Assembly (NCBI GenBank): GCA_048882485.1
Contig: JBHLRP010000037.1
Coordinates: 1 to 30,752 of the forward strand
Source: Candidatus Thorarchaeota archaeon
Lineage (GTDB): Archaea > Asgardarchaeota > Thorarchaeia > Thorarchaeales > Thorarchaeaceae
Direction of reading: 5' to 3'
Length of the DNA: 30,752 bases
The position numbers and the translations under genes were made by a program. Shown here piece by piece: positions 17,357 to 26,185 of this stretch. How positions within the stretch are numbered: the stretch's first letter is position 1; each line of letters opens with the position of its first letter. The notes below the pieces were generated by a model that worked only from the letters and a program-made list of their open reading frames with translations, did not search any database and had not been told where the DNA came from.

Positions 17357-18604
17357 TTGAATATCATGAAAAAGGTAACGGAGCAAATGAGAATGTTTGT
17401 GAGACAAGAAGTTCTGGATAGAATATACCCCGAGTTTCCTGCAAAGGAATACGAAGAACGGATCCGGCGGATGAGAGAATCAATGGAGAAGCATGAAATC
17501 GATGCGCTTCTGACAACTGATAAGAAGAACACGGAATACTTCACTGGGAGCATGGTCATGCTTGGCCCCTGGGTTTCAATCCTTTCATTGGATGCTGAAC
17601 CTGTTATCCTAATCCCGGCATTCCTAGCTGGTTCTGCAGAAAAGACTGCATGGGCAAGAAACATAAAGAAGAATCCAACAGCTCACATGAAAACAGATCC
17701 GATGTATTTTGCGAAGTTCATCGTTGAGAACTTCAAAGAGCTGGGACTGAGCAAGGGAACCATTGGATTGGAATATGGGGAGGATCTGGTTACCGGACTT
17801 CAGATTTCTGAGTTCGACTATGTGAGAAGCAATCTGCCGGACGCGAAGTTTGTTAGCGGTGAAGATGTCATATGGGATTGTAGAATGATCAAATCCAAGC
17901 TTGAACTTGAGAAAATGAAGAATGCAGCCGAGATTGCTATGGCTGGCTACAGCAATGCTCGGGAAGAAGTAAAGAAGGGTATGACTGAGATTGAGATTAG
18001 TGAAGTTTTCAAAAGAACATACGTAGAGGAACAGGCCAAGAGGAAGCATAATACTCAGGAGCTTGGAATCTTCAATATCAGGTCCGGCCCTGAGAGGTAT
18101 CACATGGCTGATTCATTCAATCAAGATCGGAAGGTCCAGGATGGAGAAACATTGGTAATGAATGTGGGTGCATGGTACAGAAGATACTATGCTAATTGGT
18201 CAAGAACAGCGTTCGTAGGAAAGCCAAAAGACGGGCATATGAAGGGACTCAAGGCTATTGAGAAGTGTTTCGAAGTGATAGCGGAGGAAACAGCCCCCGG
18301 GATTAAGGCAGGAGACCTCTACGATAAAGCAGTCGAACCCTTGAGAGACAGTTTTGGCTCCGGAGAGGTGTATGCCACAGTTGGCATTGGATGTGGATTA
18401 TATCCACATGAGCCGCCTTACATCGGAAAGGATCGAAAGGATATATTGCAGCCAGGAATGGTCTTCACTGTTGTCGCATGGTCCTATGACATCGTACCTG
18501 ATGGACTCGGCATCTTGGGATTTGAACACGAGTTTGTTGTTACCGAATCAGGCAATAGACCAATTGTACCCTTTGAGGACGAATTGCTATGGGTCTTAGA
18601 CTAG
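17357..18604 (+). CDS. M24 (pita-bread fold) hydrolase with creatinase-type N-domain, metal ligands degenerate
   Basis: EYEERIRRMRESM..IDALL N-domain; RMIKS..ELEKM, GMTE.EI, HEPP, LQPGMVFT. Real start is probably ATG 17387 or 17393. Confidence 0.85.
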   Translation: MNIMKKVTEQMRMFVRQEVLDRIYPEFPAKEYEERIRRMRESMEKHEIDALLTTDKKNTEYFTGSMVMLGPWVSILSLDAEPVILIPAFLAGSAEKTAWARNIKKNPTAHMKTDPMYFAKFIVENFKELGLSKGTIGLEYGEDLVTGLQISEFDYVRSNLPDAKFVSGEDVIWDCRMIKSKLELEKMKNAAEIAMAGYSNAREEVKKGMTEIEISEVFKRTYVEEQAKRKHNTQELGIFNIRSGPERYHMADSFNQDRKVQDGETLVMNVGAWYRRYYANWSRTAFVGKPKDGHMKGLKAIEKCFEVIAEETAPGIKAGDLYDKAVEPLRDSFGSGEVYATVGIGCGLYPHEPPYIGKDRKDILQPGMVFTVVAWSYDIVPDGLGILGFEHEFVVTESGNRPIVPFEDELLWVLD

Positions 18605-18646
18605 TCACAGTGAGTCCGCAATTCATAAATCATAGGTGGTGTAAAA

Positions 18647-19066
18647 ATGAAGAAAATCGAGCTTGAATTCAAGGACAGCACGGTCAAGAGTATCGGGGTT
18701 CTACTGGAAAAGGATGCTCCAGAAACATGCAAAGCCTTTTGGGATGCACTTCCGCTTGAAAACGAAATGGTTCATTCATCGTGGTCTGGAGAAGCCATAA
18801 TTGCACATCCATGTGGCGTAAAAGTGGGTGCAGATTTCCCTCAAGAGAATAAGACAATCTTCGTTGGCCCGGGAGAACTTACAATGGAAACAAATGTGGA
18901 GGAGCTAATGATATTCTATGGAAGGGGCCATCCGCGTTGGAGAATGGGTCCTATTCCCATGAGTGTTTTTGGCAAGATTGTAGATGGGCTGGAGGACTTC
19001 GCAGAACAGTGCAAGAGGCTCCCGAAGGAAGGATCAAAAGTCCTGATAATCAGAAGGAAGGAATAA
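18647..19066 (+). CDS. DUF3830 family protein (cyclophilin-like fold)
   Basis: LLEKDAPETCKAFWDALPLE..HSSWSGE, EN.T...PGE, IFYGR, VFGKIVDGL; good RBS. Confidence 0.8.
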   Translation: MKKIELEFKDSTVKSIGVLLEKDAPETCKAFWDALPLENEMVHSSWSGEAIIAHPCGVKVGADFPQENKTIFVGPGELTMETNVEELMIFYGRGHPRWRMGPIPMSVFGKIVDGLEDFAEQCKRLPKEGSKVLIIRRKE

Positions 19067-20018
19067 TCTCTTTCCCAAGGACCTTCACGGTATCCAGGAT
19101 GTCAGAGAGTGTGCCAAATCTGAGGCAACAGATTTCATCAATATGCTGCTCGAGACTTTCAATCTGAACAATGCATTGACTGGAATTCCCTGCAATTGCA
19201 AACTCGCGAACCAAATCATCAGTGACCATTTCGGCACCCTTTGATCTATCAGTCCTCATTGCGTCTGCAATCTGCCTGATTAGCGCCTTAGATTCTGTCA
19301 ATTCAATTGCATACGAAGGTGTTGTTGGAATGGATAACGCTACAACAGGTTTCACTGCATCAATATTGCCATCTTCTGATATATGCATTGGAACATTATC
19401 GACGACTTCAATTTTGCTTCTCTTTGATTTCCTCAAGCCTTCCTCTACCTTCTCCAGACAAAGCAATTGAGCTTCAAATGGAGGAGTGATTATAATCCCA
19501 TCAGCCATTTCTCCTGCCAGCTTTGATAGAACTGGTCCCCGTGTTCCTACAAAGAGCGGAATGGATACCGGATCGAATATGCGGACTCCCTTCAGACGCA
19601 CGATTTTCCCATCATATTCTACTATGTCACCTTGAAACAAGGTGCGAAGCATGTCTATTGATTCCCTGACTGCTGTAACTGGCCGGTCCCACATCTCGAT
19701 CTCTAATGGCCTAAGAGGCAATGTTCCACCAGCACCCATTCCTAGGATAATTCTATCTCCACAAAGCTCAGCAAGCGTGGCAGCTGCAACACCAATATTC
19801 GCTGCATATCGAGAATATGGGTTTGAAACGCCACAACCTATTCGAATGGTTTCAGTACCTTGACTTATTGCTGCCATCGTTATGAAAGGATCTCTCCAAT
19901 TTGTTGCTGGCGTATGATCAGCAATCCACACTGAATTGAACTCATTTTTCTCTAATGCTTGTGCTATCTCAACCATTTCCGTGATTGGGAGGTTTCCCAC
20001 GGCTAAACCAAACTTCAT
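19050..20018 (-). CDS. LLM-class, probably F420-dependent oxidoreductase, Mer (methylene-H4MPT reductase)-like
   Basis: MKFGL.., VWIADH, TETIRIGCGVSNPYSR, ATLAEL..DR..LGMGAG, GTRGP..KLAGEMADG parallel Mer motifs. ATG start at 20018. Confidence 0.8.
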   Translation of the reverse strand: MKFGLAVGNLPITEMVEIAQALEKNEFNSVWIADHTPATNWRDPFITMAAISQGTETIRIGCGVSNPYSRYAANIGVAAATLAELCGDRIILGMGAGGTLPLRPLEIEMWDRPVTAVRESIDMLRTLFQGDIVEYDGKIVRLKGVRIFDPVSIPLFVGTRGPVLSKLAGEMADGIIITPPFEAQLLCLEKVEEGLRKSKRSKIEVVDNVPMHISEDGNIDAVKPVVALSIPTTPSYAIELTESKALIRQIADAMRTDRSKGAEMVTDDLVREFAIAGNSSQCIVQIESLEQHIDEICCLRFGTLSDILDTVKVLGKEIIPSF

Positions 20019-20226
20019 TGCTTTTCCCCCATGATATTTGCATTCTATTTGAATTGTGACATGTATACTTGCATTCACACCAATAAATCTGATGGTTTAT
20101 TCAGCATATATACATTAATTCTCTGATTTCCTGTTTCTCCTGTGAGCATTTGGTTCTTCTAATTCCATATGAAAACATCTATGAGAGGATACAGCTCTTT
20201 TGCTAGGAATCACAGATCATCACATC

Positions 20227-21606
20227 CTAAAAGACGAACTCGATACCAATATCTGCAATTTCATTCCTAATTGTCTCATAGATATGAAAGGCCTCTTTGG
20301 ATGGTAGCCCGGTTACAGGATTACAGCATTCCTGGAAACGCTTCCCTGCAGGCGGGGCTTCAATCTGATCAATGTATCGTGGAACTATCTGCCTTACCAT
20401 TTCATTTGCATCGGCTCGGGTGACTCCTGCTGAAGAGTATGCCACCTCGGATATGAACATTGGTTCAATAGGAGTCAAGAAGTCAATCTTTTTCCCCTTG
20501 GCAACAGCACCTGTTTCTATTGAAGCGCCTGAAGCTACTGTGGCGATATATCCCGCGGCGAATTCTCGGAGTGCCATTTCGGTACAAGGACCAGCTGCAG
20601 TATATGGATAATATAGAGTAGGCACATTAGTATTCCTCGTTGCAGCCTGTGCATATGTGCTGGCTATCCATATTAGCTGAGGCATTGAACTAGCAACATG
20701 ATTAATGTGTATTGGAAAGAAGAGTGTCCAGCATGCACCATAGACGAGTATCGCCATTATTTGAGCAGCTGCACATGTGACTGCGGTACCCTCTGCACCT
20801 CCTGAATATCCTCCATAGATAGGTCCGAAAAGACCTGCAATTGGAAGTCCCAGGGCCTGGAGAAATGTTGCACGATTCATTAAGTCGAAATCCGTTTTCA
20901 TCTCTGTAAGTTCAGCAATCATGTAGCTATCTGATTTTCTTAACCCATATTGAGGATGAATGCCGGATGCTAGGGCGACTGATGATTCTGCTGTACCAAT
21001 TGCACTCATTATGGGCAATCCCGGCCGTCCAGCTCTTCTCAGGGCTTCCCTTCCCAGAATAACGGTTCTAATCGAACCCTCTATTTCCAAGGGTGACCGT
21101 GTTCTAATGTCTATACCATCAATATTTGCCAAACAAGGAGTGGTTATTGCATCTGCTATGGGTATCATGGTGGCTGCTCTTTCGACCAGAAGGGTGAAGA
21201 TTCTTTCGTCAGAAACCGGAGAGCCACCTGCACCAGCGAAAATCCAGGGATGGCTTTTTGATTCGGGACGTCTAGGAATTAGAGTTCCCTGCTCAAGCCC
21301 TTCACCAAAAACAGTCTGCTGATGCGAAAGTCGAATTTCCTTCCTAATCTCCTTTTCTTCAAACCCGATAATTCTCTCAGTATCTTTGCAGTACACCCCA
21401 ATATGCGATATTAGATCAAAACCAGCTTTGAATATTGAATCGGCTAAACCGTCGTCAGAGGGAACAATGAATTCAGGATCATAACTAATCCCGTATTCGC
21501 GAACTAATTCTTGCACTTTGGGAGCAAATAGGCGGACATCGAAATCCCTTTCTAGATATGGCCTCCCTTCAAGAGCGCGCCTAGTTATTTCAATCATTGG
21601 TATCAT
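20227..21606 (-). CDS. mtmB: Monomethylamine:corrinoid methyltransferase (MtmB) homologue lacking pyrrolysine
   Basis: 459 aa from ATG 21606 (RBS AAGGAGG). Motifs GVYCKDTERII, GSPVS, AGRPG, PIYGGYSGG.E, AGPCTEM, APPAGKRFQEC match MtmB. No in-frame TAG. Confidence 0.88.
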   Translation of the reverse strand: MIPMIEITRRALEGRPYLERDFDVRLFAPKVQELVREYGISYDPEFIVPSDDGLADSIFKAGFDLISHIGVYCKDTERIIGFEEKEIRKEIRLSHQQTVFGEGLEQGTLIPRRPESKSHPWIFAGAGGSPVSDERIFTLLVERAATMIPIADAITTPCLANIDGIDIRTRSPLEIEGSIRTVILGREALRRAGRPGLPIMSAIGTAESSVALASGIHPQYGLRKSDSYMIAELTEMKTDFDLMNRATFLQALGLPIAGLFGPIYGGYSGGAEGTAVTCAAAQIMAILVYGACWTLFFPIHINHVASSMPQLIWIASTYAQAATRNTNVPTLYYPYTAAGPCTEMALREFAAGYIATVASGASIETGAVAKGKKIDFLTPIEPMFISEVAYSSAGVTRADANEMVRQIVPRYIDQIEAPPAGKRFQECCNPVTGLPSKEAFHIYETIRNEIADIGIEFVF

Positions 21607-21610
21607 CGAG

Positions 21611-22258
21611 CTAGCTCCTCCTTTCCTCAATTAGCTTTGTAGCAAGCGCTATAGCCGCAGGGGCAGTTTCTGCAAAGCCATCTGCTCCAATTTTATCTGC
21701 CCACTCTCTAGTTGTGGCTCCGCCTCCTACCATAACTATAAACTTCTGGCGATTTCCAGTTCCTTCCAGATATTCTATGACATCCTTTTGCCCTCCAAGG
21801 GTTGTTGTCATTAAAGCAGACACAGCAATGATATCCGCCTTGAAGTGCTCGGCTTCCTGGATGAATCGTGAAGGTGGAACGTCGACTCCGAGATCACTCA
21901 CTTCAAATCCGTTGGCAAGAAGCAAGGATTTCAATATGTCTTTACCAATATTATGAATGTCCCCCTTTACCGTTCCGAGGACAACCTTCCCCTTGAAGGG
22001 TATATCACTTCCTTCAATATGCGGAAGAACAGCTTCCAGTCCAGCAACCATGGCTTCTCCCGATAGAACTAGATCAGCGAGATAAAGCTCGGATTTCGTG
22101 AATAGATTTCCCACTTCCCTCGCACCAGCTGATATTCCCTTCTCCAGAATGTCAAGAGGTTTCACTCCAGATTTCAGACAATCCTTTGCATATTTCACAA
22201 CCAATTCACTATCACCCATTATGACAGATTCCCTCAAGTTCTGCATTTTGTCATCCAT
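21611..22258 (-). CDS. Cognate corrinoid (B12-binding) protein, MtmC/MtbC-like
   Basis: Cap domain followed by GTVKGDIHNIGK (DxHxxG), DLGVDVP, SALMTTT, VMVGGG. RBS GAGGTG before ATG 22258; directly upstream of mtmB. Confidence 0.92.
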   Translation of the reverse strand: MDDKMQNLRESVIMGDSELVVKYAKDCLKSGVKPLDILEKGISAGAREVGNLFTKSELYLADLVLSGEAMVAGLEAVLPHIEGSDIPFKGKVVLGTVKGDIHNIGKDILKSLLLANGFEVSDLGVDVPPSRFIQEAEHFKADIIAVSALMTTTLGGQKDVIEYLEGTGNRQKFIVMVGGGATTREWADKIGADGFAETAPAAIALATKLIEERRS

Positions 22259-22370
22259 GATTAGCACCTCTCTTTGATGTTTGAATCCTATTCAACCACC
22301 AATTCTTCCATTAAACTAGCTAAATTATGAGCAGTCTTTAATCAATCGATATTTATCATGCAGAATATTC

Positions 22371-22388
22371 AAAAAACCTTATTAAGAT
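22371..22388 (+). promoter_or_regulatory. Putative BRE/TATA promoter of VOC paralogue 1 in a divergent intergenic region
   Basis: AAAAAACC-TTATTAAGAT; the same TATA 10-mer as at 5676-5685. Confidence 0.5.
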
Positions 22389-22439
22389 AATGCTCAACAT
22401 TCAAAAACAACAAAATAAAGCGACAGTGCGTGTTCTTAG

Positions 22440-22907
22440 ATGCTGGGAGTGTTTGATCATGTGGGCATCGTTGTTCGAGATATCGAAAAGGCATTAGGCT
22501 TCTATTCTGAGGTCCTTGGCTGGAAACTTCCTTCTAAAGGCCCATACTCGAAAATCCTCCATATGGACGTGCCAGGTCAAAGAATGAAATATGCGATGCT
22601 CTTAGCAGGGAGCAGATTTGTGGAGCTGATTGAGCCTGAGGAAGGAACTTGGCTGAGCTATCTGGAAGCAAAGGGTGAAGGTGCCATATGTGAATTGTGT
22701 GTTCTCGTTGATGATATCGATGAAGCCATTTGCATGCTGGAGCAGAGAGGACTAGTACAAATGGATTGGTCCAATAAGCGGCTCTCTGAGAAGTTTATGA
22801 CCACTCCATCCGGATCCAAGTGTTTCTATCTGCCAATAAAGGAAACTCTCGGAACATTGATAGAAGTCCTTCAGCGTCCTGCAAAGAAAATTGACGAACG
22901 TATGTAG
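22440..22907 (+). CDS. VOC family protein (methylmalonyl-CoA epimerase/glyoxalase-like), paralogue 1
   Basis: FDHVGIVVRDIEKA..FYSEVLG, VELIEP, YLEAKGEG, VDDI, GTLIEVLQ. Confidence 0.85.
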   Translation: MLGVFDHVGIVVRDIEKALGFYSEVLGWKLPSKGPYSKILHMDVPGQRMKYAMLLAGSRFVELIEPEEGTWLSYLEAKGEGAICELCVLVDDIDEAICMLEQRGLVQMDWSNKRLSEKFMTTPSGSKCFYLPIKETLGTLIEVLQRPAKKIDERM

Positions 22908-23041
22908 ACATAGCGAATAGCAGCCAGTAATGAAATATCAACTTCAGTAGACTTGGGAAAACCATAGATTAATAGGAAGCGGAGAGATAGAGCAAAGAAA
23001 AATCCGAATCCATTAGTCGATTCTGCAACGGTTGAAGAAAG

Positions 23042-23857
23042 ATGTTTAGACTTGCTGTTGGACAAATGAACCCACGAATAGGCGATACAAGAGGAAACAT
23101 GATAAAAATGGTTTCTCTTCTGGAATCTGCTGAGAAACAGGATGTCGATTTAATCGTCCTTCCTGAGTGTGCAAATTCCGGCTATGTATTTGAGAATCGA
23201 GAGGAAGTGTTGAGCCTCTCGGAGGAAATTCCAAACGGACCTTTCTCAAAGAAACTTGCATCATGGTCCAAGAATGGGAGTATGGTGATTGCAGGTCTGG
23301 TTGAAAAAACACCTGAAGGTCCATATGATTCTGCAGTTGCTTTCGGGAATGGCAAACATCTTGCTACTTACCGGAAAATCCATCTCTTTGGAAAGGAGAA
23401 GGAATGGTTTCTACCTGGGAACAAAGAGCCGCAATTAATTGAATTCAATGAGTATCGATTTGGTGTGATTATATGTTTTGACTGGGCTTTTCCTGAGCTC
23501 AGTAGAATCTTGTCCCTGAAAGGAGCACAAATATTAGCTCATCCTGCAAATCTTCTCTTGAGCTATTCAAATAGAGCGATGATAACGAGATCTATTGAGA
23601 ATCACATTTTTACTGCAACTTCGAGTCGTGTAGGCGAAGATAGGGGACTGAGATTCATTGGTGGTTCCCAAGTTACAGATCCAAGGGGGCACATATTATT
23701 CAGAATGGATTATGAAGAGGAAGGAGTTGCATGGGTAGATATAGAACCAAGTGCAGCAGACAGCAAGATAATCCGAGGAAATGATATTGTGAAGGACGCA
23801 AATGTCTTGGTGGACAGAAGACCAGATCTATATGGTCGAATTACTGAGCCTGAATAA
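23042..23857 (+). CDS. Nitrilase / carbon-nitrogen hydrolase family protein
   Basis: Glu-Lys-Cys triad in LPECANSGY, YRKIHLF and ICFDWAFPE; HPANL; DRRPDLY. Confidence 0.9.
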   Translation: MFRLAVGQMNPRIGDTRGNMIKMVSLLESAEKQDVDLIVLPECANSGYVFENREEVLSLSEEIPNGPFSKKLASWSKNGSMVIAGLVEKTPEGPYDSAVAFGNGKHLATYRKIHLFGKEKEWFLPGNKEPQLIEFNEYRFGVIICFDWAFPELSRILSLKGAQILAHPANLLLSYSNRAMITRSIENHIFTATSSRVGEDRGLRFIGGSQVTDPRGHILFRMDYEEEGVAWVDIEPSAADSKIIRGNDIVKDANVLVDRRPDLYGRITEPE

Positions 23858-23923
23858 TCTCAACCGAATTCACTGAAAAAGCCCTTAAAGCGCCATTGAG
23901 AGAAGCCATGGATTAGGAAAGCC

Positions 23924-24397
23924 CTAGGAAGGAGAGAGCTCTAGCCGGGGATCCTCCTTCATGACTTTCGCTATGACTTGTGTATTCAATTGCCTTATTC
24001 CTTCTATCTTCAGGATTTGCTCAATAATTTTCATGAATGCATCTCGATCTCTTGACCTGGTCATAATCAGAAAGTCACAATCGCCCAGAATCATATATAC
24101 ACCCCACACCCCAGAAATCTTGGATAGTTCCTCGCCTATCTTGTCATAGGAACCCTTGGCAAGATTTATGCTAATTCTAATAGATGCAATGTAGTCGATA
24201 TCCATCTTTATAGGGTCTATTTTCGCATAGTATCCGTCTATGATCTCTGCCCTTTCAAGACGTCTTAGTCGATAGTGAGTTGTAGATGTAGGGGCTCCCA
24301 CTTTCTCTGCAATCTCCTGCAAGGAGGACCTACATTCCTTTTGGAGTTCTACGAGAATTGCGATATCCAGCTCATCTAGAAGTGTCTTTGCAGGCAT
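23924..24397 (-). CDS. Lrp/AsnC family transcriptional regulator
   Basis: LDELDIAILVELQKECRSSLQEIAEKVG..ST.HYRLRRLE..II.GY HTH, plus a RAM domain (VYMILGDCDF). Confidence 0.92.
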   Translation of the reverse strand: MPAKTLLDELDIAILVELQKECRSSLQEIAEKVGAPTSTTHYRLRRLERAEIIDGYYAKIDPIKMDIDYIASIRISINLAKGSYDKIGEELSKISGVWGVYMILGDCDFLIMTRSRDRDAFMKIIEQILKIEGIRQLNTQVIAKVMKEDPRLELSPS

Positions 24398-24718
24398 TCC
24401 AAACCACATTCCTTTGAGTTTGCTTCTGCATGTATGAGATAAAAATGCTCTGAAGCCTTATGGTGTTGTCACGTTTCATTCAAATCTACCTCGATATTAC
24501 TTCTCTATTAAGTCAAAATCCCTCAACGACTACATCTGTCAATCCCGGGTTGTTTGACTTATCTGAGGAGCAATTTAAATCCTGTCTCTTATTTTCCTTC
24601 ACCATTTCAATCATTTATTCATTGTATAGGCACGATTCCTGCATGGGATTCAAACTGTAATAACCCTTTTTAGATGAATTGCTAAATAACAGCAAAGCAA
24701 TTTCAAAAGAATGGTGCG

Positions 24719-25180
24719 ATGAAGATGCTTGGTATCTTTGATCATATCGGAATCGTTGTCAGTGATATTGAAAAGGCGATTGAATTCTATTCTGAAGTCC
24801 TAGGTTGGAATCTTCCCAGTGAAGGTCCCTATTCAAGAATCTTAAATGTTAATATTCCTGGAGAGAAGATTAGGTACGTGATGCTTTCATCAGGAGACAC
24901 CTATCTGGAGCTTATTGAACCGCAAGAAGGAGTATGGATGGAATATTTGGAAGAAAAAGGTGAAGGGGCAATTTGCGAGCTGTGTGTTCTAGTAGACGAT
25001 ATTAAGGCCGCCAGAAGCATCATCGAAAGCAAAGGAATATGTCCTTGTGATAGATTCGGAAATCCATTGAAGGATGAATTTGAAGAAGCCCCCTCTGGAT
25101 CAAGATATTTCTATCTCTCTTCTGAAGACTCCTTTGGAACATGGATTGAGATTCTTGAGAGACCCTGGCTGAATCAATAA
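24719..25180 (+). CDS. VOC family protein, paralogue 2
   Basis: Aligns without gaps to paralogue 1 (85/147 identical by hand count) and has the same motifs. Confidence 0.85.
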   Translation: MKMLGIFDHIGIVVSDIEKAIEFYSEVLGWNLPSEGPYSRILNVNIPGEKIRYVMLSSGDTYLELIEPQEGVWMEYLEEKGEGAICELCVLVDDIKAARSIIESKGICPCDRFGNPLKDEFEEAPSGSRYFYLSSEDSFGTWIEILERPWLNQ

Positions 25181-25201
25181 TTCATTTATATATGCAAATC
25201 G

Positions 25202-26182
25202 ATGGAGGAAGGGCAATTGCTGGTAGAGAAGGAAAGATTAGTTGAGCTATATGCAACCACTTTAAAAATTCGCTTATTCGAAGAGAAGGTTTGGGAACTT
25301 TTCAGTCAGAATCTCATTCCGGGAACCGTTCATCTGTATTTGGGCCAGGAAGCAGTGGCAGCAGGTGTGATAAATGCGTTGGAGGACCGAGATTGGGTCC
25401 AGAGCACGCACCGTGGACATGGTCACGTTATTGCCAAAGGCGCCAACATGAATGCTGCGATGGCCGAACTGCTTGGACGACGAACGGGCTCTTGCAAGGG
25501 GAAGGGCGGGTCCATGCATATCACTGAATTTTCGGCGGGCGTTCTAGGTGCGACTGGCGTTGTAGCTTCAGGACTGCCAATTGCACTAGGAGCCGCATTG
25601 TCGGCAAAGTTTCGCAATACGGATGAAGTTGTTGCATGCTTTTTCGGTGATGGTGCAGCTAATAACGGTACCTTCGGCGAGTCCCTCAACATGTCAAGCA
25701 TATGGCAATTGCCAGTCATATGGGTAGTCGAGAACAATCTCTACGCGATGGGCACTCCTATCAAGATGATGTGTCCGAGTGCAGATATAGCGGTGCGAGC
25801 TGATGGATATTGTATTCCAAAAACTGTTGTTGACGGGAATAACGCACTCGAGGTCTATAAGGCCTCATTTGAAGCTGTGGAACGAGCGCGTCAGGGCAAG
25901 GGTCCTTTTCTCATAGAATGCAAAACATACCGATTGAAGGGTCATTCTCGATTCGATGCGGGCAAATATCGTCCTTCCGAAGAGGTAGAAGAGTGGGTGG
26001 AACGAGACGCTGTCGAAATAATGCTCAATATCGCCAGGCAGGAGAAAGCCCTTACAAAGGCAAAGGCTAATCGAATTCGAAAGAAAATTGAAGTTGAAGT
26101 CGAAGCTGCCGCCAAATTCGCATTGGAATCTGAAATTCCAGATTCGAGCGAAACATACACTGATGTCTTCACGGAGGCGTAA
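25202..26182 (+). CDS. ThDP-dependent dehydrogenase E1 alpha subunit (AcoA/PdhA-like)
   Basis: PGTVHLYLGQEA, STHRGHGH, GKGGSMH, ThDP motif GDGAANNG..ENN, TYRLKGHS. Confidence 0.92.
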   Translation: MEEGQLLVEKERLVELYATTLKIRLFEEKVWELFSQNLIPGTVHLYLGQEAVAAGVINALEDRDWVQSTHRGHGHVIAKGANMNAAMAELLGRRTGSCKGKGGSMHITEFSAGVLGATGVVASGLPIALGAALSAKFRNTDEVVACFFGDGAANNGTFGESLNMSSIWQLPVIWVVENNLYAMGTPIKMMCPSADIAVRADGYCIPKTVVDGNNALEVYKASFEAVERARQGKGPFLIECKTYRLKGHSRFDAGKYRPSEEVEEWVERDAVEIMLNIARQEKALTKAKANRIRKKIEVEVEAAAKFALESEIPDSSETYTDVFTEA

Positions 26183-26185
26183 AAG

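Noticed and set aside
20227-21630. Pyrrolysine (amber) readthrough in mtmB
   Set aside because: The ORF is uninterrupted, the Pyl position is a sense codon, and no pyl genes are in the window.
24460-24660. 66-aa ORF between Lrp and VOC2
   Set aside because: Low-complexity Ser/Phe-rich translation of an AT-rich divergent promoter region, with no clear RBS.
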